Origin: Octopus vulgaris
Taxonomy: Eukaryota
DNA: 64,000 bases
Assembly (NCBI GenBank): GCA_951406725.2
Contig: OX597826.1
Span: 62,062,001-62,126,000 of the forward strand
Direction of reading: 5' to 3'
In this document: piece by piece, positions 13,220 through 27,780 of the stretch
How the letters are laid out: the number at the start of each line of letters is the position of its first letter
How positions within the stretch are numbered: the first letter of the stretch is position 1
Notes under the pieces: model-generated
Databases searched by the model: none
What the model was told of the DNA's origin: nothing
What the model saw: the letters and a program-made list of their open reading frames with translations, nothing else
Program-made: the position numbers and the translations under genes

Positions 13220-13540
13220 GGACAACGGCTTCGAAATCTCTATATCTGGACTATGAATTCCTATTCATCCCAGTAGTTATTGGAGAACTAGGTCTTGTTA
13301 TTAAATGCTTAAAGAAAAATCTAGATAAACTGTGATTTCCAGAAAGAGAAATTGACTGGATAATTCGAGCATTACAAATGCAGTCTGTGAGTTGAGCAGT
13401 AAAAATATGCTAGACTTTTTTCAAGTTCCAAATATGAATTTGTCTGTGTTAACTACATCTGAAAGATGGAACGTTGTATCTTTGTTGGAAACTGACACTC
13501 TCCTCAGTGGAAGATTTATAATAATTAAAAACAGAAGAGG
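12495..13540 (+). mobile_element. R4/Dong-like (REL endonuclease) LINE 3' fragment, interrupted by SINE-B
   Basis: Collinear with 23930-24459 (aaacaccaactcaaggaa...aagttccaaatatgaattt...gaagatttataataattaaaa), followed by catacata. Confidence 0.8.
12721..13173 (-). mobile_element. SINE-B (tRNA-derived CORE-SINE, OR2-like), full length
   Basis: Head aggcgcaggagtggctgtgtggt, B box ggttcagtccc, CORE-like cttgggcaagtgtcttc, internal microsatellite, tail gactgaaacaagt(aaaagaat)n. Confidence 0.9.
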
Positions 13541-13693
13541 CATACATATATACATAAATACATACATACATTCATAAAGACATACATACATACAAGTGTG
13601 AATCAGAATGTAATGCAAATAAAAGTGTATTAATCCTGACTCACCCTCGTACATATATGCAATGCATACGTGAGTGCCTTTATAAATGTATAT

Positions 13694-13744
<51 letters not shown>

Positions 13745-13920
13745 GTGTGTGTATGTATATACGTATATATACACACATATATATGTATGTAAATGGAGAA
13801 ATGCATACACAGGGAGATAAATGCATTCATTCATTCATATACTAGGTGAGATCATAAAAAATCCAACTTTATTTCCCCCCATCTCTCTCTCTCTCTCTGT
13901 CTCTCTGTCTCTCTCTGTCT

Positions 13921-13966
<46 letters not shown>

Positions 13967-14635
13967 GTGTGTGTGTGTGTATGTATATACTGAAAATTCT
14001 AGAGATACATAAAGGCTTTTGGCGAGTTAGTCGGATACATCTAGAAATAGGTTTTAGGTCAGCTAAATGAAATCCATTTTCTTTCATATCCCCCATCATA
14101 TGCATTACTGTCAACGTCATCAAAGCAACTACTACTACTGTTACTACTAAAATATGCTTTTCACGTAGTCTATGTATATATTGGTCGGATTGTTGTACAT
14201 AGTTTAAAAGTGCAGCGAATCGATATGAATGAGAAGACGGAAATATAGATGAAATATCAGCATTAGTGATGATGCGAGTGGCAACGTTAATCGCAATAAT
14301 GGCAACAAGAATAACGAAATAAAAGGATTTATTTTATATCCAGTCGCTCGACGTGCTGAATGTAAAAGAACAATCTTCCTCAAATTAAACCCTAACATTT
14401 TCAAATTATACGGAAATATTTCTTCTACGGAAGCCTAAATTTGTGTGTATTGGAATCTTTATATAGTGCCTTCATCAGGGTTCATTTGAGCTCGTGTCTG
14501 CGAGTAAACGGCAATCATTACAAAAACAATAGGATAATAACGGTAGTTTAAATCAGACTTTAGAAACTAGGAAAGGTTTTCGTTCTGCTAAAAGATCAGG
14601 GGAAGGGAGTTTCCTTATGAACGAAAGAAACGGCA

Positions 14636-15395
14636 AATGCTAGCGTAACGAAACCAGCCGAAATGTTTAGTGTTTCAAGAAGTAATTTCTCGAAAGTAAT
14701 GAAAGCCTTTGAGAAAGAGGGAAAAACTTCTTTGTCGAAACAAAACTCCGGAAGAAAACCAAAACTTTCATGAATTGTAAGAAAGGTTCACAAACGTACA
14801 GCTCCCAAAATAACTGCAGAGCTTAATGACCACCTCAAGAACCCAGTTTCCACAAAATCTGTTCGCTGTTTGCTGTACAAAGCCGGATTTCACCGGAGGG
14901 CTGCAATCAGAAAACCACTACTTTCAAAAACAAATGTTGCAAAGAGTGGATTAAAAACCTACAGAATTGGTCCCTACATCAGTGGAAGAATGGGAATGTT
15001 ATTTTCTCGGACGAGTCATCCTTTACCATGTTTCCCACAATTGGCCAAGTTTACTTGTGGAGACAGCCAAAAGAACCATTTGACCCTGACTGTAATCTTT
15101 CAGGATGGTAATGCACCAATTCACATAGTTAAAATTGTTACTGCATGGCACGTGGAACATTCCCCAGATCTTAATATTATTGAACATTCATGGTGCATTT
15201 AATGTTCAATAAAACTGGAGACTGTTTTAGCTGAAGAATGGACAAAAATACCTTTAGAAACAATTTAAACTTTGTACGAGTGCATACCTCGTAGAATTCA
15301 AGCTGTAAATACTACTGTCAAAGGCGGTCCTACGCAATATTGAAATAAATTTGTTTGAAAATTTGAGGTGCTTCCATTATTTTGTCTAACCACTG
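14636..15395 (+). mobile_element. Tc1-family DNA transposon remnant (decayed DDE transposase plus 3' TIR)
   Basis: NSGRKPKLS, RAAIRKPLL, VIFSDES, IFQDGNAPIH, SPDLNIIEHSW, KGGPTQY*; ends ...ttttgtctaaccactg|TA. Confidence 0.85.
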
Positions 15396-15404
15396 TATGT
15401 ATAC

Positions 15405-15464
<60 letters not shown>

Positions 15465-15544
15465 AAGGGTGGAAAGGAACACACGAGTTGATATATATGA
15501 AAAAACAAGTCAAAAATAGAAAATGCTAAGATGATTTTATAGTG

Positions 15545-15597
15545 AATCTTTCAGTACCGGTTTCGGTCATTTTGAGACCTTTTCAACTGTAACGATT
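15545..15597 (-). ncRNA. Hammerhead ribozyme (U3-A8 variant), inverted pLTR copy
   Basis: Exact reverse complement of 17838-17890. Confidence 0.7.
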
Positions 15598-15818
15598 AAA
15601 TAATTAAATTTAGAAAAATTTAGAAAAATTAGAAGAAAGGTTTTTTTAAAGGAATACTTCCATAGTAGTGTTAAGATATAGGTGGCATTCTGCCTTTCTC
15701 TGACTCCCTTGTTTGCACTTGTGTATTCGAGGTCGTTGTAAGTTCTTGAGGGGGTGGGAGTGGGAAAATCTGGGCTGGTCAGTGGCGACCGGCAGTCGCT
15801 GCGTAGGCGTTATACTTA

Positions 15819-17290
15819 AGCTATATAAGGGACGACTTAGATATGCTCAATCACCTACCGAATACTATAAACCAAAACACCATACTGGTATCCTTCGATG
15901 TAGTCAACCTCTACTCCAATATCCCCCACAACCTAGGACTAGAGGCAATCCAATTCTGGCTAGAGAATCACGCCAACGAACTACCACACCGCATCAAAAA
16001 AGAATTCGTGATAGAAGGGGTTAAATTCATCCTGGAAAATAACTTCTTCGCCTTCAATGACAACTTCTACCGACAAAAATCGGGGACTGCGATGGGTACA
16101 CGAATGGCCCCCTCCTTTGCCAACCTAGTCATAGGATACCTAGAGATCAGTCTGTATCGTAAGGTTCTAGAAAGATATGGCAGCCCTTTCTCCATCTACA
16201 TAGAAAACAACTGGAAGAGATATCTAGATGACTGTTTCATTCTTTGGCATAAAAATATAGAAAAACTCATAGAATTCCAGGAAATTTTAAACGGGCTGGA
16301 CGTAAACATCCAATTCACGATGGAATATAGCCAGCAACAACTTCCCTTCCTCGATATCCTCATTAAGAAAGCTAATAATATAATAGAAACAGACATATAC
16401 TATAAGCCTACAGACTCTAAGCAATATCTTCCATTCAATTCATGCCACCCCAGACACACCAGGATGAATATCCCCTTCAATCTAGCAAAAAGGATATGCA
16501 CTATAGTCTCTAACGCAAACACCAGAGACACACGACTACAAGAACTAAAAGATACCCTTATCACCAGGAACTATCCACCTTCACTTATTGACAAGTGCAT
16601 TCAACGTGCCCTTCAACTTAACATCAAGGAACTGAGACATCCCAAATCAAAGAAAAACCTACAACCAAAAGCCTTACCATACATCTCCACACACAACCCT
16701 CTCAATAACGAAGCCTTCGGCACCATCCTCCACAACATGCCCCTCCTAAAAAAAGACCACAGAATGAACACAATCCTCCAAACACACACGATCATAAAAA
16801 GCAAAAGACAGCCTAGATCCATGAAAAGTCTCCTAACACAAGCCCGAATTCACTCTTCAACACAGAAGCCGACAGTAAAAAAATGTGGAAGACCCAAATG
16901 CGGGATATGCGACTATCTAATTGAGGGATCAGAGTTCTCCTTCAAACAGGGACAACGGTTTACAGTGAAAAGCAACTTCACATGTGCTTCGGAGAACCTA
17001 ATATACTCACTAACCTGCTCCGGGTGTCAAGAGCAGTACATAGGCCAAACAAAAAATGGTTTGCGTAAACGAATGGCCCTGCACAGATCCCAGATAAAAA
17101 TTCCCCAAAACAGAAAAATAGCTTTTAGCCAACACATAGATACTTGCGCCAACAAAAAAACACCAAACTTCAGAATTTCCCCCTCTACCAATTTAGGGAC
17201 GATACAACCTCGAGACAACGAATAAGTAAAGAAAATCTCTTTATTATAAAATACAGGCCACTTCTTAACGGGTCTACGACAAACAATTAA
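15819..17290 (+). pseudogene. PLE reverse transcriptase plus GIY-YIG endonuclease (5'-truncated, one frameshift near 17180)
   Basis: LVSFDVVNLY, GTAMGTRMAP, RYLDDCF, LPFLDILI, Cys linker KCGRPKCGIC, LIYSLTC..C...YIGQT; the shifted frame continues PLYQFRDD..RISKENLFIIKYRPLLN to TAA at 17290. Confidence 0.92.
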
Positions 17291-17837
17291 TATACCTCAA
17301 CTTAAGAATAAAAGAAATATATATACACACACAAATATTACATTCCATAGAATCCATTACTAATCGCCCCATTACAGCTATATCTTCACCCATTTATATT
17401 CTCCCTTCTCTGTTATTTTCTTCTTCTTCCTCTTCTTCTTCTTCATCATCATCATTATCATCATCATCGTCGTCATCGTCATCACCACCATCATCATCGT
17501 CATCTTCTCCTTCTCCTTCTTCTTCTTCATCGTCATCATCATCGGCACCGTCATCTTCTTCTTCTTCTTCTTCTACTTCTCCACCTTCTACCCCTCAACC
17601 TTGTCACTAATGTCTTTAAGTATAACGCCTACGCAGCGACTGCCGGTCGCCACTGACCAGCCTAGATTTTCCCACTCCCACCCCCTCAAGAACTCACAAC
17701 GACCTCGAATACACAAGTGCAAACAAGGGAGTCAGAGAAAGGCAGAATGCCACCTATATCTTAACACTACTATGGAAGTATTCCTTTAAAAAAACCTTTC
17801 TTCTAATTTTTCTAAATTTTTCTAAATTTAATTATTT

Positions 17838-17890
17838 AATCGTTACAGTTGAAAAGGTCTCAAAATGACCGAAACCGGTACTGAAAGATT
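17838..17890 (+). ncRNA. Hammerhead ribozyme (U3-A8 variant) in the PLE pLTR
   Basis: aatcgttacag-TTGAAAA-ggtc(tcaaaat)gacc-GAAA-ccgg-TA^ctgaaagatt. Confidence 0.72.
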
Positions 17891-17932
17891 CACTATAAAA
17901 TCATCTTAGCATTTTCTATTTTTGACTTGTTT

Positions 17933-17971
<39 letters not shown>

Positions 17972-18078
17972 GGAGTAAACACATAAATGTGAAACAAGGT
18001 GGAAAAAAGAGTACTCAAATACCAGTGGTAGAGTAATATGCTTTAAGTATATATAAAGTATATATAAGTATATATAAA

Positions 18079-18114
<36 letters not shown>

Positions 18115-18117
<3 letters not shown>

Positions 18118-18230
18118 ACGTGATCACGTGACCGACCAGACCATCAGATGTTGTTACACATCGCTGGTCACAAAGCGTTCGCATTGTTTTAGCCTTCGAA
18201 TGAAGCCACCCCGCTGGCTAAGCGAGCAGG

Positions 18231-18234
<4 letters not shown>
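18115..18234 (-). mobile_element. SINE-like terminal fragment between (TA)n tracts (family C)
   Basis: tcacgtgatcacgtgaccgaccag...ccccgctggctaagcgagcaggcca; second copy at 38137-38253; strand inferred. Confidence 0.65.
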
Positions 18235-18293
<59 letters not shown>

Positions 18294-18497
18294 CGGATAT
18301 GTACTTGCATGCAAGTGACTTGATCTGAGATCGTGTGGGGAAACAAAAACAACTGCAGAGGGGTGGTGTTTATGAGTCATTTAAAAAAACACACACAAAA
18401 AAAAACAACCGTTAGATTCACTTCAACATTTAAATTCAATTCATGTCAAAATCTTTTCGTCATTTTGAAACCGCGACATGTTCACTGTCGAAACGTC

Positions 18498-18542
<45 letters not shown>

Positions 18543-18548
18543 CTTTAG

Positions 18549-19510
18549 AAATTCAGGCTTAAAATCTATTTATGATTTTATCAAGTAGTGTACATATAAT
18601 AAACCTGTTAAAATAAATTAATAAATATTCAGGGCAGGACAGTAAGTACACTGGCTTTGCGACATTCTTTAAAAAGACGAATGTCTGAAAATTCTTACAT
18701 TGAAGTTATTACAATAAATACGCGGAGAAGTCGGCCGAAAAGAAACGAAACTGATTTCAGAATTTTCATTTGTATATAAGTACGAACTGTTTTATTTACA
18801 TAGTGACGCCATTCTGTTTGTCGTTATGTATAATTACTCGTCTTTCTGTTCACTGGGTTTTGTTATACTGATGATGGAAAAAAGGGGCGGTTTCCTTTAA
18901 TCCTGAATTCAATTGATATGTAATTACACCTTTTCATGAATATGTTTAGTTTATTTGCCAGAATTTGGCGCATATATATTGTGATAATTTTAAGGTAGCT
19001 TAGAGACATTTGTCTTCTTAAAGCGTATGGCAAAGCCAGTGTACTAATTCGCTTACCCTGAATATTAATTTATAAATTTATTAATTTTACCTTAACCGGT
19101 TTATTACATGCTAACCACCTGATAAAATCATATATAGACTTTATCCTGAATTTTGAAATATATTAGAAATATATATATAATTTCACATAAACCAAAATTA
19201 TACACTGCTGAATTATTTGGTTATTCACACGTGACCGAAAATAAACGAAACTGATATCTGAACTTTAATTTGTATATAGGTACGAACGGTTGTATTTACA
19301 TTGTAAAGCCGTTTTGCTTGTCGGTATGTATAATTGTTCGTCTTTCTGTTCACTGGGTTGTGCTATACTGATGATGGAAATCAGTCTATATGTAATTAAA
19401 ACTTTTCATGAATCTTTTTCGTTTACTTGCCCGAATTCTGCGCGTATTTGTAGTGATAGAGCATGTAACAAAGCCAGTGTACTTACTCGTTTGCCCTGAA
19501 TATTAACTTA
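18549..19510 (+). repeat. Inverted plus tandem repeat complex with two HHR-like cores 500 bp apart
   Basis: 18549-18736 is inverted relative to 18957-19153; 19234-19510 is a direct copy of 18735-19070; CTGATGA at 18868 and 19368. Confidence 0.8.
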
Positions 19511-19525
19511 TATATATATATATAT

Positions 19526-20104
19526 AATACAGTGTACGTTTAAACACAATAAGAGGTTTCCATCATAAGAATCCTTTACGCTAGAAAGAACAGCTAAATT
19601 CCAGACACTAATTAGGGATAAATTCTCAAAGGGAATGTAAAATAAAAACATTTACCAGCTCTTTCCTGGACCATGGTTTCCGACTTATTTTCGTAAATAT
19701 AATAATTTAGCAGGCGAAGCCTTCACCAACAGGGACGCCTAAGATTAAATATATAAACAAGAATTTGTCGGCATCCTTTTGCTGCCGGCAAAAAAGATTG
19801 CGCTTGCGCGGTGGATTTCTAAAAGATTTAAATGAATAAGCAATGAGACACATGCTGGATTGGCCTCGTTGTTTATATATTTAATCTTTGGCGTCCCTGT
19901 TGATGAAGTCTTCGCCTGGTAAATTATTTTATTTACTAAAATAAGTCAGAAACCATGGTCCAGGAAAGAGATGGTAAATGCTTTTATTCTTCATTCCCTT
20001 CGAGAATTTATCCCTAATTAGTGGTTTGAACTTTAGCTGTTCTTTCTAGCGTAAAGGACTCCTATGTTGGAAACCTCTTAATGTGTTTAAATGTACACTG
20101 TATT
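19526..20104. repeat. Fold-back element: two ~235-bp inverted arms (~90% identical), ~108-bp spacer, each arm with an HHR-like motif
   Basis: 19526-19760 vs 19869-20104 aligned by eye with ~20 differences. Confidence 0.9.
19896..19964 (+). ncRNA. Hammerhead-like motif (C3U core) in the right arm
   Basis: cctg-TTGATGA-[long stem II]-GAAA-ccatgg-TC^cagg. Confidence 0.55.
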
Positions 20105-20149
20105 TTATATGAATAATATATAGTATATTGACTTATTTATTACACTGAT

Positions 20150-20361
20150 ATTATTCTTATTCTTATTCTGTTTGACTTTTGCTTTACATTTGCACAAGCT
20201 GGCTCCAAGTCTCACCCAGAGACCTCAAGGGACAACAAGTTGGAAATTCATGCTGGTGTTATGCCTAGGGTGCCATATATTTGGTTTTGTACTTAGTGTT
20301 GTACTAGTGAATGCCTAAAAACCATACGAAAATTATATTTGTTTTAAAACTTGAGATTACA

Positions 20362-20362
<1 letters not shown>
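20150..20362 (-). mobile_element. Probable R4/Dong-like LINE 3' end embedded in (TAA)n
   Basis: Minus strand ends ...gaggtctctgggtgagacttgga...aaacagaataagaataagaataat; the other side abuts a long (TAT)n. Confidence 0.5.
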
Positions 20363-20602
<240 letters not shown>

Positions 20603-20603
20603 G

Positions 20604-20643
<40 letters not shown>

Positions 20644-21240
20644 CATATATATACAGGTACAGGAGATCTGGAATACATACATGCATTTATTTCAATTACT
20701 CCCAGGTCCGTTCCGACCCGGAACAGCCATACCAGTAAGGCTCCCATTTGAGGGTTAAATAAATTTCCCAAGTGTAGGGGAAGCTTCAATCTTTCTTTTG
20801 ACAAATCCACAGGCAAGACACCACTTCTATGAGATACTCTGTCATATACCTTGCACTCAAATTCGTATAAATAATGTTGCAATGCTTGTCTGTTTAGGCT
20901 TCTGTTGCAATGCTTGTCACTGGAGCATATTACAGCTGCAGAGTCGAAAAAGTTTCGTACATGATTTTGCCACTTAAATCCAGTGACATGAAGGTGTCTC
21001 ACTACTGTTTCCTTTCTAGATCCATGTTGGAATTCATAACCTCCTATGGCGATATATGCGTAGCGTGAAAAATCATATCCGTGCAAATGCAAGAAAGAAA
21101 GCAAATCAGAAAAATCAAGCTGAATATGAGATGGCTAACATCTTGCAAGATGAAGCATCCATTCGTTCATTCATTCATTCATTCATTCATTCATTCATTC
21201 ATTCATTCATTCATTCATACATACATGCATACATACATAG

Positions 21241-21287
<47 letters not shown>

Positions 21288-21689
21288 CATACACATATGC
21301 ACACAGACATATACATGAACATACACACACAAATATATCTGAGGGAAGAATAAAGTAGATTGGGACAAAACTTTTTTTTATTTTATAACATCCTATATTA
21401 CGTGGTCTTAACACGCGTTGTAAAATCCTACACTTGTATGTCATGCAATAATGGTTACATATACGAATCTGTTTTATTCCATTACTCGGGTATACACTCC
21501 ATAATTTATTCAAATGTATATAACATGAGATGAAATTCCGAGGACAAATCTTGTTTTACACTTCAATGGAAGTTGGATATACTTGGATTTACATGGAACT
21601 CTCGGCAACGGTTAAATGTTATGGTATCTCAATTGAAACAGCAGTATTGTATCACACACACGCACGCACATTTATCTATGTATAAATAT

Positions 21690-21735
<46 letters not shown>

Positions 21736-21856
21736 GTATATATATATATACATATATGTGTGTGTATGTATATATATATGTGAGTGTGTGTGCATGATCG
21801 CGCGTGTTTATGCATACACACACACACAAATGCATACATATATACACACATATATA

Positions 21857-21900
<44 letters not shown>

Positions 21901-22897
21901 AATATTCATATTTATATACATATGTACAAACATATATATGTCGAAATATATATATATATATATATGTGCGTGTGTGTGTGTGTGTCGATATGTATATATG
22001 TGTGAGAGTGTGTGTGCGCGCATGTGTGTGTATGTGTATACAACCCCCACGCATCTATAACTTATATGTGTATGCATATACATGCGTTTGTGTGTGTTTG
22101 CTTTTGGGTGGTGTGGGATTGAAATTACACTGCGATACCCAACTACAATTTTGTGTATGTTGCTGACCACATTACTGATTCATGATATATGAGATATTCT
22201 ATTTAGAGCATTAAATATTTATGCATCGCCAGTCATTGCATGGAAAATTCGACGACTGAAATATAATGGAAAATCATATAAAATGTTATAAATATCTGTG
22301 GGGTGGGCGGAGGAATATGAGAATATTTGCGTGTATATATGTACGTACGTACACTCACACACACGCAGAAATGCTTACATATATACATACATACATGCAT
22401 ATCTACATACATACATGCATATATATATATATATATGTATGTATGTATGTATGTATATAAATATATATATATATATATATGTTTGTATTTGTAACTAAAC
22501 ATCAGAAAAGGGAAAGCACAGTGAACACACATCGGCAAATATTCTGGTTCTGAGAAATACATTAATATTTAATTTTTTTTTTTGCTTATCGACATGGATA
22601 CTTTGAGAAGTTTATTTGTTAAAACAATAGCAACATAACTGTATCTTTCAGAATTTTTATTTGCATATACATGCATAATCTTATACGCACACTAAAGCAT
22701 CGAAACGTTTATCTCATACTTTAGCATCTTATATATTTCTATATATAAGTTTTTAGTTCATCTCTTGATAATAGATTTGTATTGAATTAGAGTAATACAT
22801 ACATACAGACATACATACATACATAATACATACATACATATATATACACACACATATATATATATGTATATATGTATGTATTATGTGTGTATGTATT

Positions 22898-22940
<43 letters not shown>

Positions 22941-23557
22941 TCATAAATACTGGAATATCTATATATTTATCTTCATATATATGTCTGTATCTACATGCCT
23001 ATCGACTAAATTTTTGTGTGCCTTTCTGACTGTGTCTATAAATCTATTAGTCTCTGTAAGTCTCTGTCTTTATCTTCATCTGTGTTTTTCTGTATATATG
23101 CAGGAAGTGGATCTACCTCTCTTTTAGCGATGATTATTTAGTTCATCTCAGGGGAACTGATTTTGTAGATGAATACATAAGGAATGTGCTTCCCTATCGA
23201 AAGATAATGTTCGTCCGGTATATAAAGTAGGATATAAGTTATTACTGTAGAGGATAGTTTAATATGAATAATTGTGCTTCAGACGTTTCGTCTGTAAGTA
23301 AATAACATATTTTTTTTTATGAACGACAGAACGTAAATCAAAAGTGTTGAAACAAATGAAAACTTTAGAGAGATTTACCTGTGATAATGGCTACATACAA
23401 ACATACAGACAGACACATACATACACACACATACATAGATACATGTATACATACATACATACATGTATACATACATACATACATGCATACATACATACAT
23501 ACATACATACATACATACATACATACATACATACATACATACATACATACATACGTA

Positions 23558-24459
23558 CAAAGTCTGGACTCTCTGCCTCAGAGAAGACTCAGATGGAAAG
23601 CACTCAGCTCGTAGAAAACAGAAGAATTGACATGACGCGCAGCCTCTGTTGGACACAAAGCCACTACATCACATCACACTTCGATGGCTATGCGTTTGCA
23701 ATCCAGGAACAGGAGATTACCACAAAGTACCTAGTAAGCAAGAATGACAGTAACGCTTTTGTAATCCCAAGGTGCAACCGCATGTGTAGCCTATGTCATG
23801 TTTCTGTGGAAGACATCACGAATGTGATTAGCAGCTGTCCTAAAATGTCGTCACCGTACTATCTCCCTATGTGGCACGAGGTTGTTGCTAAAACAATTTA
23901 CAATGCCATTCACAAAAACGACTGTCCTGAAATAAACTTAGAAAATCCCTCTATTATGGAATACTTTCATAAACACCAACTCAAGGAATATTGGTGCCAT
24001 ATTCCCATCAAAACTTCTGTCAAATGTAAACATTGGGACAGAGGGGTGAAGGTATATACCGTCATAGAGGTTAGCTGCCATGCAGTTATGAATATCTCTT
24101 AGAAAATCAAAGTAAAAGAGGATGTATATAGATAATGTCTTCGAAACCTCCAGCTACTATATCCAGACTTTGAATTCATATTCTTCCCAATAATTGTTGG
24201 ACAACTAGGTTTTGTTAGTAAATGCTTAAAGGAGAATATGAAAAAAACTGGGATTTCCAGAAAGAGAAATCCACCGGCTAATTTGTGCATTAGAAGAACA
24301 ATCTGTGAGTGGAACAGTAAAAATATGCAAGGCTTTCCTGAAGTTCCAAATATGAATTTTTGTGTGTTAACTTCATCCTAATGATGGAGAGTTGTATCTT
24401 TGTTGAAAACCGGCTCCCTCCTCAGTCGAAGATTTATAATAATTAAAAGATAGAAGTGA
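23558..24459 (+). mobile_element. R4/Dong-like LINE 3' part: CCHC knuckle plus restriction-like endonuclease, inserted in (CATA)n
   Basis: FAIQEQEITTKY, CSLCHVSVEDITNVISSC, WHEVVAKTIY, EYWCHIPIKT..WDR..VIEVSC, FFPIIVGQLG, KICKAFLKF; catacatac on both sides. Confidence 0.85.
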
Positions 24460-24620
24460 CATACATACTTATATACATATATGCATACGGATATATACAT
24501 ACACATGTGTATGAGCAAAAATAAGCTAAGTTTAATGAATCATGATGTCGCATGGTATATATTTGAACAATATGAATATTATATAAATATATGTATATAC
24601 ATGTCTAAATATATATATTA

Positions 24621-24682
<62 letters not shown>

Positions 24683-24779
24683 TATATATATATACATATA
24701 TGCAGAGATTTATATATATTCGTAGTGTTTAAATTGTTCAAATGCATACCATTAGACATCAGTGTGGATTTAGATGTGG

Positions 24780-26327
<1,548 letters not shown>

Positions 26328-27417
26328 GTGTGTATATATATATATACATATATTTAGAGAGGAAGAGAGAGGAGGAGGGAAAGAGAAAGAAAGAAAGAGG
26401 TGTTGTGAGCGAGAAAAGGAGAGAGGGTATAGATAGTGCTCCCTAAAACGGTCTGGTAATTTTGTACTCTCATTTAATTCATCCACCCTTTAAATCTGCC
26501 CGTCACTGACCATCAACAAAAAAATTTAATTCATTAGTACGCTTGCTAAATATTTACCAGACTGGATCATAGTATCGGTAGAATGCTGGGCAGATTATTT
26601 CGCATTATAATATGCGTCATTAATTTCTTAATATGATAACGTATGAATCAAGGAAGATCTGACTACTATTTTCAGCATTCGTGTGACAACGTAGATGCCC
26701 TTTTTTGTTGATACGTTTGCAACTAGATATCACCCAGCGTAAATTAAAATCTGTTTTTTATATTAATTTTTAATTTATACCAATCTAGTTCCTGCTTAAT
26801 TCTTTTTTTTTTTTGAATAGTGCCGGAAATAAACGATTTAAAACACAGAAACAAGTTTATACTGCGTATGAATGTCTTGACTACTGTTGTGATTTATGCA
26901 CCGCTTTCAACCAAACGACTCATTAAACAAACGTAAATCATAGACATTCTATCAGGAATTTTCTATTTATTGTTCATACTGTTTAATAACTGAAGATGAT
27001 CCAACATATATCGCCATCAGTAGTTAAGCGCTACTATTTTAATATCAACTTAAGACGGCGTGTTCCCAGAATAGATTGCTCGCAGGGCAAACAGTTCAGC
27101 ACCCCTTTTACATTCCGAATTCAAATTCAGCCAATTACGACACTGCCTTTAATTTTTTAGGTGTTGTTGAAATACGCACCCTTTCAGTGCTAGTGTTGAT
27201 CTAATCGATTAGTCCCCGACGCTAAGATTTCAGGCTTTATGTCTATATAAGAAAGAATAATAATATCAGCTTTAAGCGGCGAGCTGGTGCAACCGTTAGA
27301 TATTTCTTCCCACGATCAACTTTGGCTTTCACCCTTCTGAAATCGATGAATGATATTAATTTCATGTTAAATTTCCATGCCTTTCTGGTAAAGTGTACAC
27401 TTGCTAAAAGCTTAAAC

Positions 27418-27694
27418 CATGGGTTCCCAACCTTATTTTGGTTGTGGACTTCCTGAGAGCTGTCTTAACATTTGTGGATCCCATATATGCACATGTAAAG
27501 TTTTGAAATAGAATATTTGTTTATCGGTTAGTGAAAATTAACAATGAAACAATTTCGTTAAATGCATAACATTAATTCCAAGTACATAAATTGAAAATTT
27601 CGATAAATACAGGTACCTCTCCTAGTAAACAAAATTTATATATGAACCCACAAATTACAATTTTTTACTCGTGGACCCCGGTCGGGAACCCTTG
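27418..27694. mobile_element. hAT (Charlie-like) MITE
   Basis: TIRs catgggttcccaacc / ggtcgggaacccttg; 8-bp TSD gcttaaac / gtttaaac. Confidence 0.8.
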
Positions 27695-27780
27695 GTTTAA
27701 ACAATCAAAAATTAGGTTTTTACGTGGTCGCTCACCAGTTAGAAATTGCTGTCAAATCTTCCTCAAGTCACCCTAAATTT

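Larger units (their letters stand above)
15461..17946 (+). mobile_element. Young 5'-truncated Penelope-like element (Neptune-type) with inverted pLTR, inserted in (TA)n
   Basis: 15491-15819 is the reverse complement of 17616-17944 (2 mismatches seen); RT-GIY-YIG ORF between the arms; (TA)n on both sides. Confidence 0.95.

Noticed and set aside
23344-23557. N-terminal part of the 252-aa ORF as a novel repeat-domain fusion
   Set aside because: Read-through from flanking DNA and (CATA)n into a 5'-truncated LINE
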